Origin: Zoogloeaceae bacterium
GTDB taxonomy: Bacteria > Pseudomonadota > Gammaproteobacteria > Burkholderiales > Rhodocyclaceae
DNA length: 42,620 bases
Reading direction: 5' to 3'
Assembly: GCA_031267345.1 (NCBI GenBank)
Contig: JAIRZG010000162.1
Location: 1-42,620 of the forward strand
In this document: positions 27,870 through 36,093 of the stretch, piece after piece
Numbering within the stretch: the first letter of the stretch is position 1
Layout of the letters: each line of letters begins with the position of its first letter
Translations under genes and position numbers: made by a program
The notes under the pieces: model-generated
What the model was told of the DNA's origin: nothing
The model's database searches: none
The model's input: the letters and a program-made list of their open reading frames with translations, nothing else

Positions 27870-29582
27870 ATGCAATCGCCCGCCACCCCCAAATACCGCC
27901 CTTTTCCGCCTGTTGGTCTCGCCAGTCGGCAATGGCCGGAAGCGCGTCTCATAGAGCCGCCCGTGTGGATGAGCACCGACCTGCGCGACGGCAATCAGGC
28001 GCTCCTTGAGCCGATGAGTCGCGCAAAGAAATTGCGCTTTTTCCGGATGCTTTGCGCGATTGGCGTCAAGGAAATCGAAGTCGCCTTTCCCGCCGCTTCG
28101 CAGATTGATTTTGATTTCGTGCGCGAACTGATTGAAGGCGGACATATTCCCGACGACGTGACGATTGAGGTGCTGACGCAGGCGCGTCCCGCCCTGATCG
28201 AGCGCACCTTTGCCGCCCTCGAAGGCGCGCGCCGCGCCATCGTGCATCTTTACACCGCCACCTCCGCGCCTTTCCGCGAAATGGTGTTCGGCATGAGCCA
28301 GACGGAACTCATCGATATGACTGTGGCTTCCGTGCGCCGCATCAAGGCGTGCGCCGCAAAAATGCCGGAGACGCGCGTCACCTTTGAATATAGTCCGGAG
28401 ACCTTCACCGCCACCGAACTCCCCTTCGCGCTGGAAATCTGCGATGCCGTCACCGCCGCTTGGGGCGCGAACGCGGAAAACAAAATCATCCTGAATCTGC
28501 CCACCACGGTGGAAATGGCGACGCCCAACATTTACGCCGACCAGATTGAATGGATGCACCGCCGCCTTGCCCGCCGCGACAGCATCGTGCTTTCCCTGCA
28601 TCCGCACAATGATCGGGGCACGGCAATTGCCGCCGCCGAACTCGGTCTCATGGCGGGGGCGGAACGGGTGGAAGGCTGTCTCTTCGGCAATGGCGAGCGT
28701 ACCGGCAATGTCGATCTCGTCACGCTGGCCCTGAATCTCTACACCCAGGGCGTGGAACCCCGCCTTGATTTTTCCGACATCAACGCCGTCGCCCGCGTCT
28801 TTGAAGCCTGTACCGATCTGCCCATCCATCCGCGCCATCCTTACGTGGGCGATCTGGTGTTCACCGCCTTTTCCGGCTCGCATCAGGACGCCATCAAAAA
28901 AGGCATGAACGCGCAACAGATCAAGGCGGGCGAACGCTGGAACGTCCCCTATCTGCCGCTCGATCCGGCGGACGTGGGACGCAACTACGATTCGCTGATC
29001 CGCGTCAACAGCCAGTCCGGCAAAGGCGGCATCGCGTATCTGATGGAATCCTCCTACGGCATTGTCATGCCACGCCGCCTGCAAGTGGAATTTTCCGGCA
29101 TCGTGCAGCAGCAGATGGACGACAGCGGCAAGGAAATGAGCGCCGCCGATCTCTGGCGGATTTTTTCCGCCGCTTATTTGGCGCATCAGCGCCCAGAGGT
29201 CGGGGATCAGACATCGGAAGAAGTTACCGACGCCTCCGCGCCGCTGGCGTACCAAGGCCATCGACTGGATGCGGATGGCAAGGGCATTGCACTGGAGGTG
29301 TTGCGTCATGGTCGACAGATGTCGTTGCGCGGACACGGCAACGGCCCCATCGACGCCGCTGTTCATGCCCTGGCGAGTGTCGGCATCGCCGCGCAGGTCA
29401 TCCACTTTGAAGAACGCGCCACCCGCGCAAGTCAGGAAGGCGAAGCGACCGCCGTCGCCTTCATGGAAATCCGTCTGACGGGCGGACAGATGGCAAGCTA
29501 CGGCGTCGGCCTGGACAACGACATCCTCACCGCTTCGCTCAAGGCGCTGGTCTCGGGCATTCGGCGGCAGATGCGTCCATGA
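27870..29582 (+). CDS. leuA: 2-isopropylmalate synthase (yeast/LeuA type 2)
   Basis: STDLRDGNQAL, FEYSPETF, LHPHNDRG, GNGERTGN, AFSGSHQDAI, GNGPIDA. Confidence 0.95.
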   Translation: MQSPATPKYRPFPPVGLASRQWPEARLIEPPVWMSTDLRDGNQALLEPMSRAKKLRFFRMLCAIGVKEIEVAFPAASQIDFDFVRELIEGGHIPDDVTIEVLTQARPALIERTFAALEGARRAIVHLYTATSAPFREMVFGMSQTELIDMTVASVRRIKACAAKMPETRVTFEYSPETFTATELPFALEICDAVTAAWGANAENKIILNLPTTVEMATPNIYADQIEWMHRRLARRDSIVLSLHPHNDRGTAIAAAELGLMAGAERVEGCLFGNGERTGNVDLVTLALNLYTQGVEPRLDFSDINAVARVFEACTDLPIHPRHPYVGDLVFTAFSGSHQDAIKKGMNAQQIKAGERWNVPYLPLDPADVGRNYDSLIRVNSQSGKGGIAYLMESSYGIVMPRRLQVEFSGIVQQQMDDSGKEMSAADLWRIFSAAYLAHQRPEVGDQTSEEVTDASAPLAYQGHRLDADGKGIALEVLRHGRQMSLRGHGNGPIDAAVHALASVGIAAQVIHFEERATRASQEGEATAVAFMEIRLTGGQMASYGVGLDNDILTASLKALVSGIRRQMRP

Positions 29583-29630
29583 TGCAAGGGGCGCTTCGCG
29601 AGAGCGCCCTTACCACTAAACGGAAGGTTC

Positions 29631-29667
29631 CCTCGTCCGCCGCCCTCTCCCGCAAGCGTGAGCAGGG
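29631..29667. repeat. Degenerate REP-like palindrome
   Basis: CCCTCTCCCGCAAGCGTGAGCAGGG resembles the CCCTCTCCCGCAAGCGGGAGAGGG REP type; lies between convergent genes. Confidence 0.4.
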
Positions 29668-29711
29668 AAAAAACATAGAACAGCGCGGCTATTTTCTTCC
29701 AGCGTAAGGCG

Positions 29712-32096
29712 CTACTTTGCGCCAGATTCCACCCAGCGTCGCCACATGCCCCGAAACGCCTGTTCCAGACTGCGCGCCATGCGGGGGGCGTCCATCAGGG
29801 GGCTGGCCTGCATCCGTTCGCGCAGGTTGGCGCGCAGGGCTTTTAAACGCGGGAGATCGCGGCTCAAGGCGACGGCGATGTCGACGTAGGCTTCCGGCGT
29901 TTCCGCGATCAGTTCGTCCAGTCCCACGTTTTTCAGGATGATGCGTCCCATGCGCGAGGCCAGCGCGTCGCCCGGCCAGGTGACAAAGGGCGCGCCCATC
30001 CAGATGGAATCGTAGCCGGTCGTGCCGCCATTGAAGGGAAAGGGATCAAGGCAGAGGTCGGCTTCGTTGTAACTGTTAAAATAAGTCTTCATCGGAGCAA
30101 GCCCCCGGATGTCCAGGCGTTCCGGCGCGATGCCATGTCGCGCGAACTGGCTTCCGATGTAGGTTTTGAGGCTTTCATCCTGTCCGCCGCGCGCGACCAG
30201 AATGAGACGGGATTCCGGCGCGCGCGTCAGAATCTCGCTCCACAAGCGGATGGCGTGTTGGCTGACCTTGCGGAAATTGTTGAGACAGGCGAAAGCAAAG
30301 GGACGCTCCAGGCGTTCGCAAGGCAAACCCGGCAAAATGGGTTCGTTCGGAATGTTGGTGCGCACCCCGTAGCAATCCGCCAGGGGCCAGGGCGTCTCGG
30401 TGCACCACGCGCCTTTTTCCAGCACCGGATCCGGCGGAATGAAAATGTAATCCATGACAGACAGGCCGCTGGTGCCGGGAAACCCCAGCCAGGTGACCTG
30501 AACGGGCGCGGGCTTGCGCGCCATGGCCAGCAGGCGATGGCCTTCCGTATTGCCGTTCAGATCGATCAGAATGTCGATGCCATCGGCGCGAATCAGGTCG
30601 GCAAGGGCGTCATCGCCAATGGCCTGCACCTCCCGCCATTTGTCGACGCTCATTTTGGCGAGGCGGGTATTGTCGTCTTCCAGCGCGGTGTTGTGATAAA
30701 GCACGACTTCCAGTTGGTGTCGATCCAGAAAGCGCAGAAAGGGAATGACAAAGGCGGCTACCGGATGCTGGCGCATGTCCGAGGTCAGCCAGCCGATTTT
30801 GAGGCGGCGTTCGGGGTCGCGATCGCGGTCGGCGAAATCATCCTGACGGCAGTATTTGCGACAGAGGCGCTCATCGTAGGCGCGCGCGACTTGCAGGATT
30901 TCGTCGGCGTCGTGTTCGGAAGAATGGATGATGGTCCACAGGTAGTTTGAATAGGCCGTGCCGGATTCCGGCGCAAGTTTCAGCGCGCGCTGGTAGTAGT
31001 TGATGGCCTCCATGCCGCGCGCCTGATCGTTACACCAACCGCCCATGTTGACCAGGGCGCTGACGTGCTTCGGGTCTTTTTGCAGGATTTTTTCCGCAGT
31101 CTCCCGCGCCAGCGCGCTTTTGCCCTGCTTGCTGTAGACCACGAACAGGCTGTTCAGGGCGTTCAGGTTGTCGGGATTGCGTTCCAGGCTCATTTCCAGA
31201 TTTTCCTGCGCGGTATCGAGATCGTAACGTTTGACAAACAGATAACCCAGTTGTTCCAGAATCCACTCTTCCGGAACGCCCATTTCGTTGGCGCGCGTCA
31301 TGGCGTCTACCGCGCCCACGGCGTCACCGCTCAGGGTGAGCATCAGCGCCAGACGGGCTTGCAGGATGTCGGAATCGGGATTTTTTTCCAGCGCCATACA
31401 GAACAACCGCGCCGCTTCGCCCCAGTTGGAACGCGCCATTTCCAGTTCCCCGACCAGTTGCAGGGTGGAAGCCTGCTGCGGCGCCAAGGCAAAAAGATGC
31501 TCTATACATTCGGTCGCTTCCGCAAGGCGATCCTTGGATAAATGCAAATGTCCGAGCGACAGCCAGGCATCGGGATAATTCGGCTCCATGCGCGTTGCCC
31601 GCTTGAAGGCGGTCAGCGCCGCGTCGACTTCGCCGATGCTCTGCGCCGCCAGTCCCAGCAGACAGAAATGCGCCGCTTTCGGGTGCGGATGGCGCACGAG
31701 TTCCTGAAGCGCCTCGTAGGCTTTGAGCCAGTTGCCCGCCGCTACATACGCGCCGCTCAGGCTCACCAGAATGCCGGTGTCTTTGGGCGACTTGCGATGC
31801 GCGGCGTTGAGGAGTTTGATGCCTTCTCCGGCGCGCTTGTCGCGCCCATAGACTTCGCCCAGACGTTGCAGATAGCGCGGCATATCCGGTTTGAGGCGCA
31901 CGGCTTCTTCCAGAAATTGCGTGGCGGTATCCGGCTGTCCGATAGCCAGCGCCACTTCGCCCAGACCGAACCAGCCGGCGTGCGCTTCCTTGTCCAACGT
32001 GACGGCTTCCTCAAAAAACGTTCCCGCCGCCGCAAAGTTTTTTTGCGCCAGCGCCTTTTTTCCTTTGTCGATGTTGCGTTTTGCTTTTGCGGACAT
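29712..32096 (-). CDS. TPR-containing O-GlcNAc transferase-like glycosyltransferase (GT41/SPINDLY)
   Basis: Many TPRs; KIGWLTSDMRQHPV, IDILIDLNG, PAPVQVTWLGFPGTSG, LDPFPFNGGTT. Confidence 0.9.
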   Translation of the reverse strand: MSAKAKRNIDKGKKALAQKNFAAAGTFFEEAVTLDKEAHAGWFGLGEVALAIGQPDTATQFLEEAVRLKPDMPRYLQRLGEVYGRDKRAGEGIKLLNAAHRKSPKDTGILVSLSGAYVAAGNWLKAYEALQELVRHPHPKAAHFCLLGLAAQSIGEVDAALTAFKRATRMEPNYPDAWLSLGHLHLSKDRLAEATECIEHLFALAPQQASTLQLVGELEMARSNWGEAARLFCMALEKNPDSDILQARLALMLTLSGDAVGAVDAMTRANEMGVPEEWILEQLGYLFVKRYDLDTAQENLEMSLERNPDNLNALNSLFVVYSKQGKSALARETAEKILQKDPKHVSALVNMGGWCNDQARGMEAINYYQRALKLAPESGTAYSNYLWTIIHSSEHDADEILQVARAYDERLCRKYCRQDDFADRDRDPERRLKIGWLTSDMRQHPVAAFVIPFLRFLDRHQLEVVLYHNTALEDDNTRLAKMSVDKWREVQAIGDDALADLIRADGIDILIDLNGNTEGHRLLAMARKPAPVQVTWLGFPGTSGLSVMDYIFIPPDPVLEKGAWCTETPWPLADCYGVRTNIPNEPILPGLPCERLERPFAFACLNNFRKVSQHAIRLWSEILTRAPESRLILVARGGQDESLKTYIGSQFARHGIAPERLDIRGLAPMKTYFNSYNEADLCLDPFPFNGGTTGYDSIWMGAPFVTWPGDALASRMGRIILKNVGLDELIAETPEAYVDIAVALSRDLPRLKALRANLRERMQASPLMDAPRMARSLEQAFRGMWRRWVESGAK

Positions 32097-32237
32097 GTCT
32101 TTCTCCAAAAGTGCGCGCAGTTTATCCGCTTTTGCCGGACGCAAGAAATTTCCGCCGGGCGGCAGGATTTGCCTTCTGCCTTTCCGCTTTTCCGGAAAAT
32201 GTTCGATGAATTGTTGATTTTAAAAGAAAATTATGTC

Positions 32238-32253
32238 TGGCACGGCTCATGCT
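32238..32253 (+). promoter_or_regulatory. Sigma54 -24/-12 promoter of flagellin
   Basis: TGGCACGGCTCATGCT with exact GG-N10-GC spacing; IHF-like AT-rich site near 32209-32222. Confidence 0.65.
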
Positions 32254-32327
32254 TTTATGCTCGCCAAGATGCCCGGTGCGTTTTCCTGTGGCGTCACGCT
32301 GATTAATTTTCTCTTGAGGAGAACGCA

Positions 32328-33152
32328 ATGCCACAAATTATCAACACCAATATTCCTTCCCTGAACGCCCAGCGCAATCTGAACGCATCCCAGGGTTCGC
32401 TGAATCTGGCCTTGCAACGCTTGTCCTCCGGTCTGCGCGTCAATAGCGCCAAGGATGACGCGGCGGGCCTGGCGATTGCCACCAACATGGATTCGCAGTC
32501 ACGCGGCATGGTGGTGGCGATGCGCAACGCCAACGACGGCATTTCGGCGGCGCAGACGGCGGAAGCAGGCTACAACGCCATCGGGCAACACTTGCAACGG
32601 ATGCGCGAACTGGCGGTGCAGGCGGCTTCCGGACAATACGACAGTGTTAACCGCAGCGCGCTGAACGACGAATACGCCGCGCTGGCAAGCGAAATAGAGC
32701 GCGTGGTGGCGGCGACCAACTTCAATGGTCAGGAATTGCTGGATGGCACGTTCTCCGTTCCCTTCCAGGTCGGCCCGACGGTTGATTCGTTCTCGCGGAT
32801 AGACCTCAACATTACGGCGCTGGAGTACAGCGAGGCAGCCCAGTACGGCGACATTACAGGCAACAATGGCGTTAATGCGACGAACGCCATGACCACGCTG
32901 GATGTCTCCATCGACGCCGTCAATCGCCATCGCGCCCAGCTCGGCGCGATTCAAAACCGTTTTGAAGCGGTGCTGGTGCAACTTTCTTCCGCGCAGGAAT
33001 CCACCGAAGCCGCCAAGAGCCGCATCATGGACGCCGACTACGCCGCCGAAACCGCCAAGCTCTCGCGCGCCCAAATTCTGCAACAGGCCGGCGTCGCCAT
33101 GCTGGCGCAGGCTAACACCTTGCCGCAGAACGTGCTCTCGCTGTTGAGATAA
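32328..33152 (+). CDS. fliC: Flagellin (short, 274 aa)
   Basis: INTNIPSLNAQRNL, RLSSGLRVNSAKDDAAGLAI, LGAIQNRF, SRIMDADYAAE, VLSLLR. Confidence 0.96.
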   Translation: MPQIINTNIPSLNAQRNLNASQGSLNLALQRLSSGLRVNSAKDDAAGLAIATNMDSQSRGMVVAMRNANDGISAAQTAEAGYNAIGQHLQRMRELAVQAASGQYDSVNRSALNDEYAALASEIERVVAATNFNGQELLDGTFSVPFQVGPTVDSFSRIDLNITALEYSEAAQYGDITGNNGVNATNAMTTLDVSIDAVNRHRAQLGAIQNRFEAVLVQLSSAQESTEAAKSRIMDADYAAETAKLSRAQILQQAGVAMLAQANTLPQNVLSLLR

Positions 33153-33180
33153 AAAGGTCAGGGGTAGCTCCCCTTTCAGG

Positions 33181-33212
33181 CCGCGCCAACAAGCTGTTGG
33201 CGCGGTTTTTTT
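33181..33212 (+). terminator. Rho-independent terminator
   Basis: CCGCGCCAACA-AGC-TGTTGGCGCGG followed by T7. Confidence 0.85.
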
Positions 33213-33263
33213 CTGCGTCCGGATTACCTGATTTCCGATCCCTGATTTATCATTACCTGCTTT

Positions 33264-34256
33264 GTGGTTACCCGGGAGACAAGCGTTTTGCCGCTCACAC
33301 AGCTTTACGCCTTGATTGGCGAGGACATGCAGGCCGTGGATGCCGTGATCCGGCGGCGGCTTTATTCCGAAGTGGCGCTGGTGCGTCAGGTGGCGGAATA
33401 CATTATCGTCGGCGGCGGCAAACGGATGCGTCCGGCCTTGGTGCTGCTGGCGGCAGGCGCGTTGGGGTACACGGGACGCCAGCGACATGAACTGGCGGCA
33501 GTGGTGGAATTCATCCATACCGCCACCCTGTTGCACGACGATGTGGTCGACGCATCCGATCTGCGGCGTGGGCGGGAGACCGCCAATACCGTGTTCGGCA
33601 ACCCCGCCAGCGTGCTGGTGGGCGATTTTCTTTATTCCCGCGCCTTTCAGATCATGGTGCAGGTGGGCAATATGAACATCATGCAGGTGTTGTCGGACGC
33701 GACCAACATCATCGCCGAAGGCGAAGTGCTGCAAATGATGAATTGCCATGACCCGGATGTGGATGAGGCGAATTATTTGCAGGTCATCCGCTACAAGACC
33801 GCCAAACTCTTCGAGGCAGCGGCGCAACTGGGGGCGATAGTGGCGGGCGCGTCGCCGGAAACAGAGCGGGGTCTGGCCGATTACGGCAGGTATCTGGGCA
33901 TGGCCTTTCAATTGGTGGACGACGTGCTCGATTATTCCGGGCAGGAAGCCGATACCGGCAAGCATCTGGGCGACGATCTGGCGGAAGGCAAGCCGACGCT
34001 GCCGCTGATTTATGTCATGCAGCACGGTACGCCGGAAGAAGCCGCCAGCGTGAAAAAAGCCATTGAAAATGGCGGACGCGATGATTTTCCCGTGGTGCTG
34101 GCGGCGATTCGTCGTTCCGGCGCGCTCGACTATACCCGGCAATGCGCGCGCAATACCGCCGAACAGGCAAGGACGGCGATTTCTCTCCTGCCGGATACAA
34201 ATTACAAAAAGACTCTGCTAGAATTAACCGTTTTCGCGGTTGAGCGCTCACACTAA
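33264..34256 (+). CDS. ispB: Octaprenyl diphosphate synthase
   Basis: GGKRMRP, LLHDDVVD, FQLVDDVLD; usual neighbour of tRNA-Pro. Confidence 0.93.
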   Translation: MVTRETSVLPLTQLYALIGEDMQAVDAVIRRRLYSEVALVRQVAEYIIVGGGKRMRPALVLLAAGALGYTGRQRHELAAVVEFIHTATLLHDDVVDASDLRRGRETANTVFGNPASVLVGDFLYSRAFQIMVQVGNMNIMQVLSDATNIIAEGEVLQMMNCHDPDVDEANYLQVIRYKTAKLFEAAAQLGAIVAGASPETERGLADYGRYLGMAFQLVDDVLDYSGQEADTGKHLGDDLAEGKPTLPLIYVMQHGTPEEAASVKKAIENGGRDDFPVVLAAIRRSGALDYTRQCARNTAEQARTAISLLPDTNYKKTLLELTVFAVERSH

Positions 34257-34265
34257 GTAAGGCTT

Positions 34266-34679
34266 TCAACCCCTCGGAGTGTAGCTCAGCCCGGTAGAGC
34301 ACTGCGTTCGGGACGCAGGGGTCGCAGGTTCGAATCCTGTCACTCCGACCAACACCTCTTTTGCGTCGTTTGACGCAAATCCCGCGATTGTTATGACAGT
34401 TGCCAGCGCAATGCTGGCGGCTTTGGCGTGTTCGACAAAAGGGAGCCAGAAGGCGCGTTTTTCGGGTTTTTTCTCGGTCGCCAGTTCGCTGGCGGCGATG
34501 ACCTCCACTGGCTCAACATTGAGTAATTGAGCAAGTTTAATGCAAGCGTCGTTTGGCAAGCCACGTCGGTTGCTTTTCGCGTCTGTTAGTGCGTTTCCTT
34601 GTAGATTCAGGTAGTTTGCAAGGGCAAAACGCCCACCTAGGTGTCCTTCGCCTATTTCAATGTAATTTTTTAGTTTCAT
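34266..34679 (-). CDS. Inovirus repressor-like HTH protein (DUF3693/RstR-like); C-terminus spans the whole antisense tRNA-Pro
   Basis: SD AGGAG; FALANYLNLQGNALTDAKSNRRGLPNDACIKLAQLL...EKRAFW; ends VGVTGFEPATPASRTQCSTGLSYTPRG with its stop in host DNA upstream of the tRNA. Confidence 0.8.
   Translation of the reverse strand: MKLKNYIEIGEGHLGGRFALANYLNLQGNALTDAKSNRRGLPNDACIKLAQLLNVEPVEVIAASELATEKKPEKRAFWLPFVEHAKAASIALATVITIAGFASNDAKEVLVGVTGFEPATPASRTQCSTGLSYTPRG
34275..34351 (+). tRNA. tRNA-Pro (anticodon CGG)
   Basis: CGGAGTGTAGCTCAGCCCGGTAGAGCA CTGCG-TTCGGGA-CGCAG GGGTCGCAGGTTCGAATCCTGTCACTCCGACCA; 77 nt. Confidence 0.97.
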
Positions 34680-34691
34680 GTGATTTTCTCC

Positions 34692-34789
34692 TTGACAGCA
34701 CACAAATCTGTGTGTTAGCGTTGTTTTGCACACAAATTTGTGTGCTGCCGTTTCTCTCAAATTCTATCGATTCGGGGGAATTTTAGCAA
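34692..34789. promoter_or_regulatory. Face-to-face promoters with two 18-bp operators
   Basis: GCACACAAATCTGTGTGT (34698-34715) and perfect palindrome GCACACAAATTTGTGTGC (34728-34745). Rightward TTGACA (34692-34697)-18-TAGCGT; leftward TTGCTA (34789-34784)-17-TAGAAT (34766-34761). Confidence 0.75.
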
Positions 34790-34848
34790 AGTTTGAGGGA
34801 AAAGACGCGATGAGCCTACTGATACAGCCAGTCAAAGACCGTCAATCG

Positions 34849-35349
34849 TCATTCTTTACCGATTGCCGCTCTAATTTCCTTCGCGCTCGGAAGTTTCCCT
34901 GCGTAGAACTCCAAGAGCTTGATTCCTGCGGTTTTCAGGGCATCGCGCTTGAATTCGTCGCTTTTCTGTCGGTCTTTGCGTTTGTGCGTCGAATCTTGCA
35001 GTTCGATGGCCATCACGGTAGAGGCGTCTTCCTGAATGACAAGGAAATCTACGCTTTTCATCCGAATTTGGTTCAAAGCACTCCAGCCACCTTTCTTGTT
35101 TTTGTCATACAGAAAGCTGCTCATCTGCACTTGGGCGAGTATCAGATACTCGGGCAGTGCTTCGATCAGACGAAGGAAGAGGGCTTGTTCGACTTGCGAC
35201 ATAACATGCTTGGGCGCGTATTCACTTTGGTTGTCAATTTCAAGGGATTGTTTGTCTGGGGACTTCTTGGCAACCAAGGTGGCAACCAAGGCAAGAAAGG
35301 CGACTGCCGCCAGTATGAGGGCAATCAGTATGACATTCGACATTTCCAT
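34849..35349 (-). CDS. N-terminally anchored DUF2726 protein
   Basis: TM VILIALILAAVAFLALVATLV; ILAQVQM, KSVDFLV, AIELQDSTH, DEFKRDALKTAGIKLL. Confidence 0.85.
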   Translation of the reverse strand: MEMSNVILIALILAAVAFLALVATLVAKKSPDKQSLEIDNQSEYAPKHVMSQVEQALFLRLIEALPEYLILAQVQMSSFLYDKNKKGGWSALNQIRMKSVDFLVIQEDASTVMAIELQDSTHKRKDRQKSDEFKRDALKTAGIKLLEFYAGKLPSAKEIRAAIGKE

Positions 35350-35468
35350 TTTGAATTTCCGGTAGTTAAGGTGCAGACATAATAACAGTGATTCAATTTG
35401 ATTACCAAGGTCATAAGTGGAAAGGAACCATGAGGGCAGATTTTCAACCACCAGAAGGAGTAGTAGCC

Positions 35469-35795
35469 ATGAGCATCAAAGTTGAAGTTAGAAGCGAGGA
35501 GTTGGACGTCAAGAGCGGTGTCAGCCAGAAGAGCGGCAAACCATATAGCATCAGGGAGCAGTCGGCGTGGGGGTTTTTCGTTGATCCGCATGGCAACCCG
35601 CACCCGTACCCGCAACGTGTGCGGTTGACGCTGGCTGATGAACAGGAGAAAGCGTATCCGTGCGGTTTGTACGAACTGGCGGATACGAGTTTTTACCCTG
35701 ACCAGTACGGGCAGATCAAGATTCGAGCGAAGTTGCAGCCGTTGCAAACCACGGCGGCGGCGGGCAAGAAGTCGGTTGTTGCGGCGGTTGCTTGA
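35469..35795 (+). CDS. Phage ssDNA-binding protein (gene V-like)
   Basis: SGVSQKSGKPYSIREQ, AYPCGLYEL..SF; SD AAGGAG. Confidence 0.9.
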   Translation: MSIKVEVRSEELDVKSGVSQKSGKPYSIREQSAWGFFVDPHGNPHPYPQRVRLTLADEQEKAYPCGLYELADTSFYPDQYGQIKIRAKLQPLQTTAAAGKKSVVAAVA

Positions 35796-35805
35796 TTCTC
35801 TGACC

Positions 35806-36093
35806 ATGAGCAATACGCATTTTCGCCGTAGTCCATATTTTGCCTGGTGGTATAGCGCCGCCAGCAATGGCGAAGATGCGCATTGCTGCAATTGCACTTT
35901 TGCTTTTGAACATCCGGCGCGTGGCGGCCTGGCTTGCCGCTTGTCGAAGTATAAAAGCGGTGTTTCGCCGCATTCATGCTGTATCAATTGGTTGGATACA
36001 GTGACAAACAGCAGTCCGCTTGATGAAATCCGCGCTTTGAACTTGAAAGCGCGGCTTGCGGCGGCGGATGGATACGCGAAGGGGCGAGCATGA
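35806..36093 (+). CDS. Cys-rich phage hypothetical protein (95 aa)
   Basis: Fills the gap between ssb and rep; ATGA overlap with rep; HCCNC...C...CC motif. Confidence 0.55.
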   Translation: MSNTHFRRSPYFAWWYSAASNGEDAHCCNCTFAFEHPARGGLACRLSKYKSGVSPHSCCINWLDTVTNSSPLDEIRALNLKARLAAADGYAKGRA

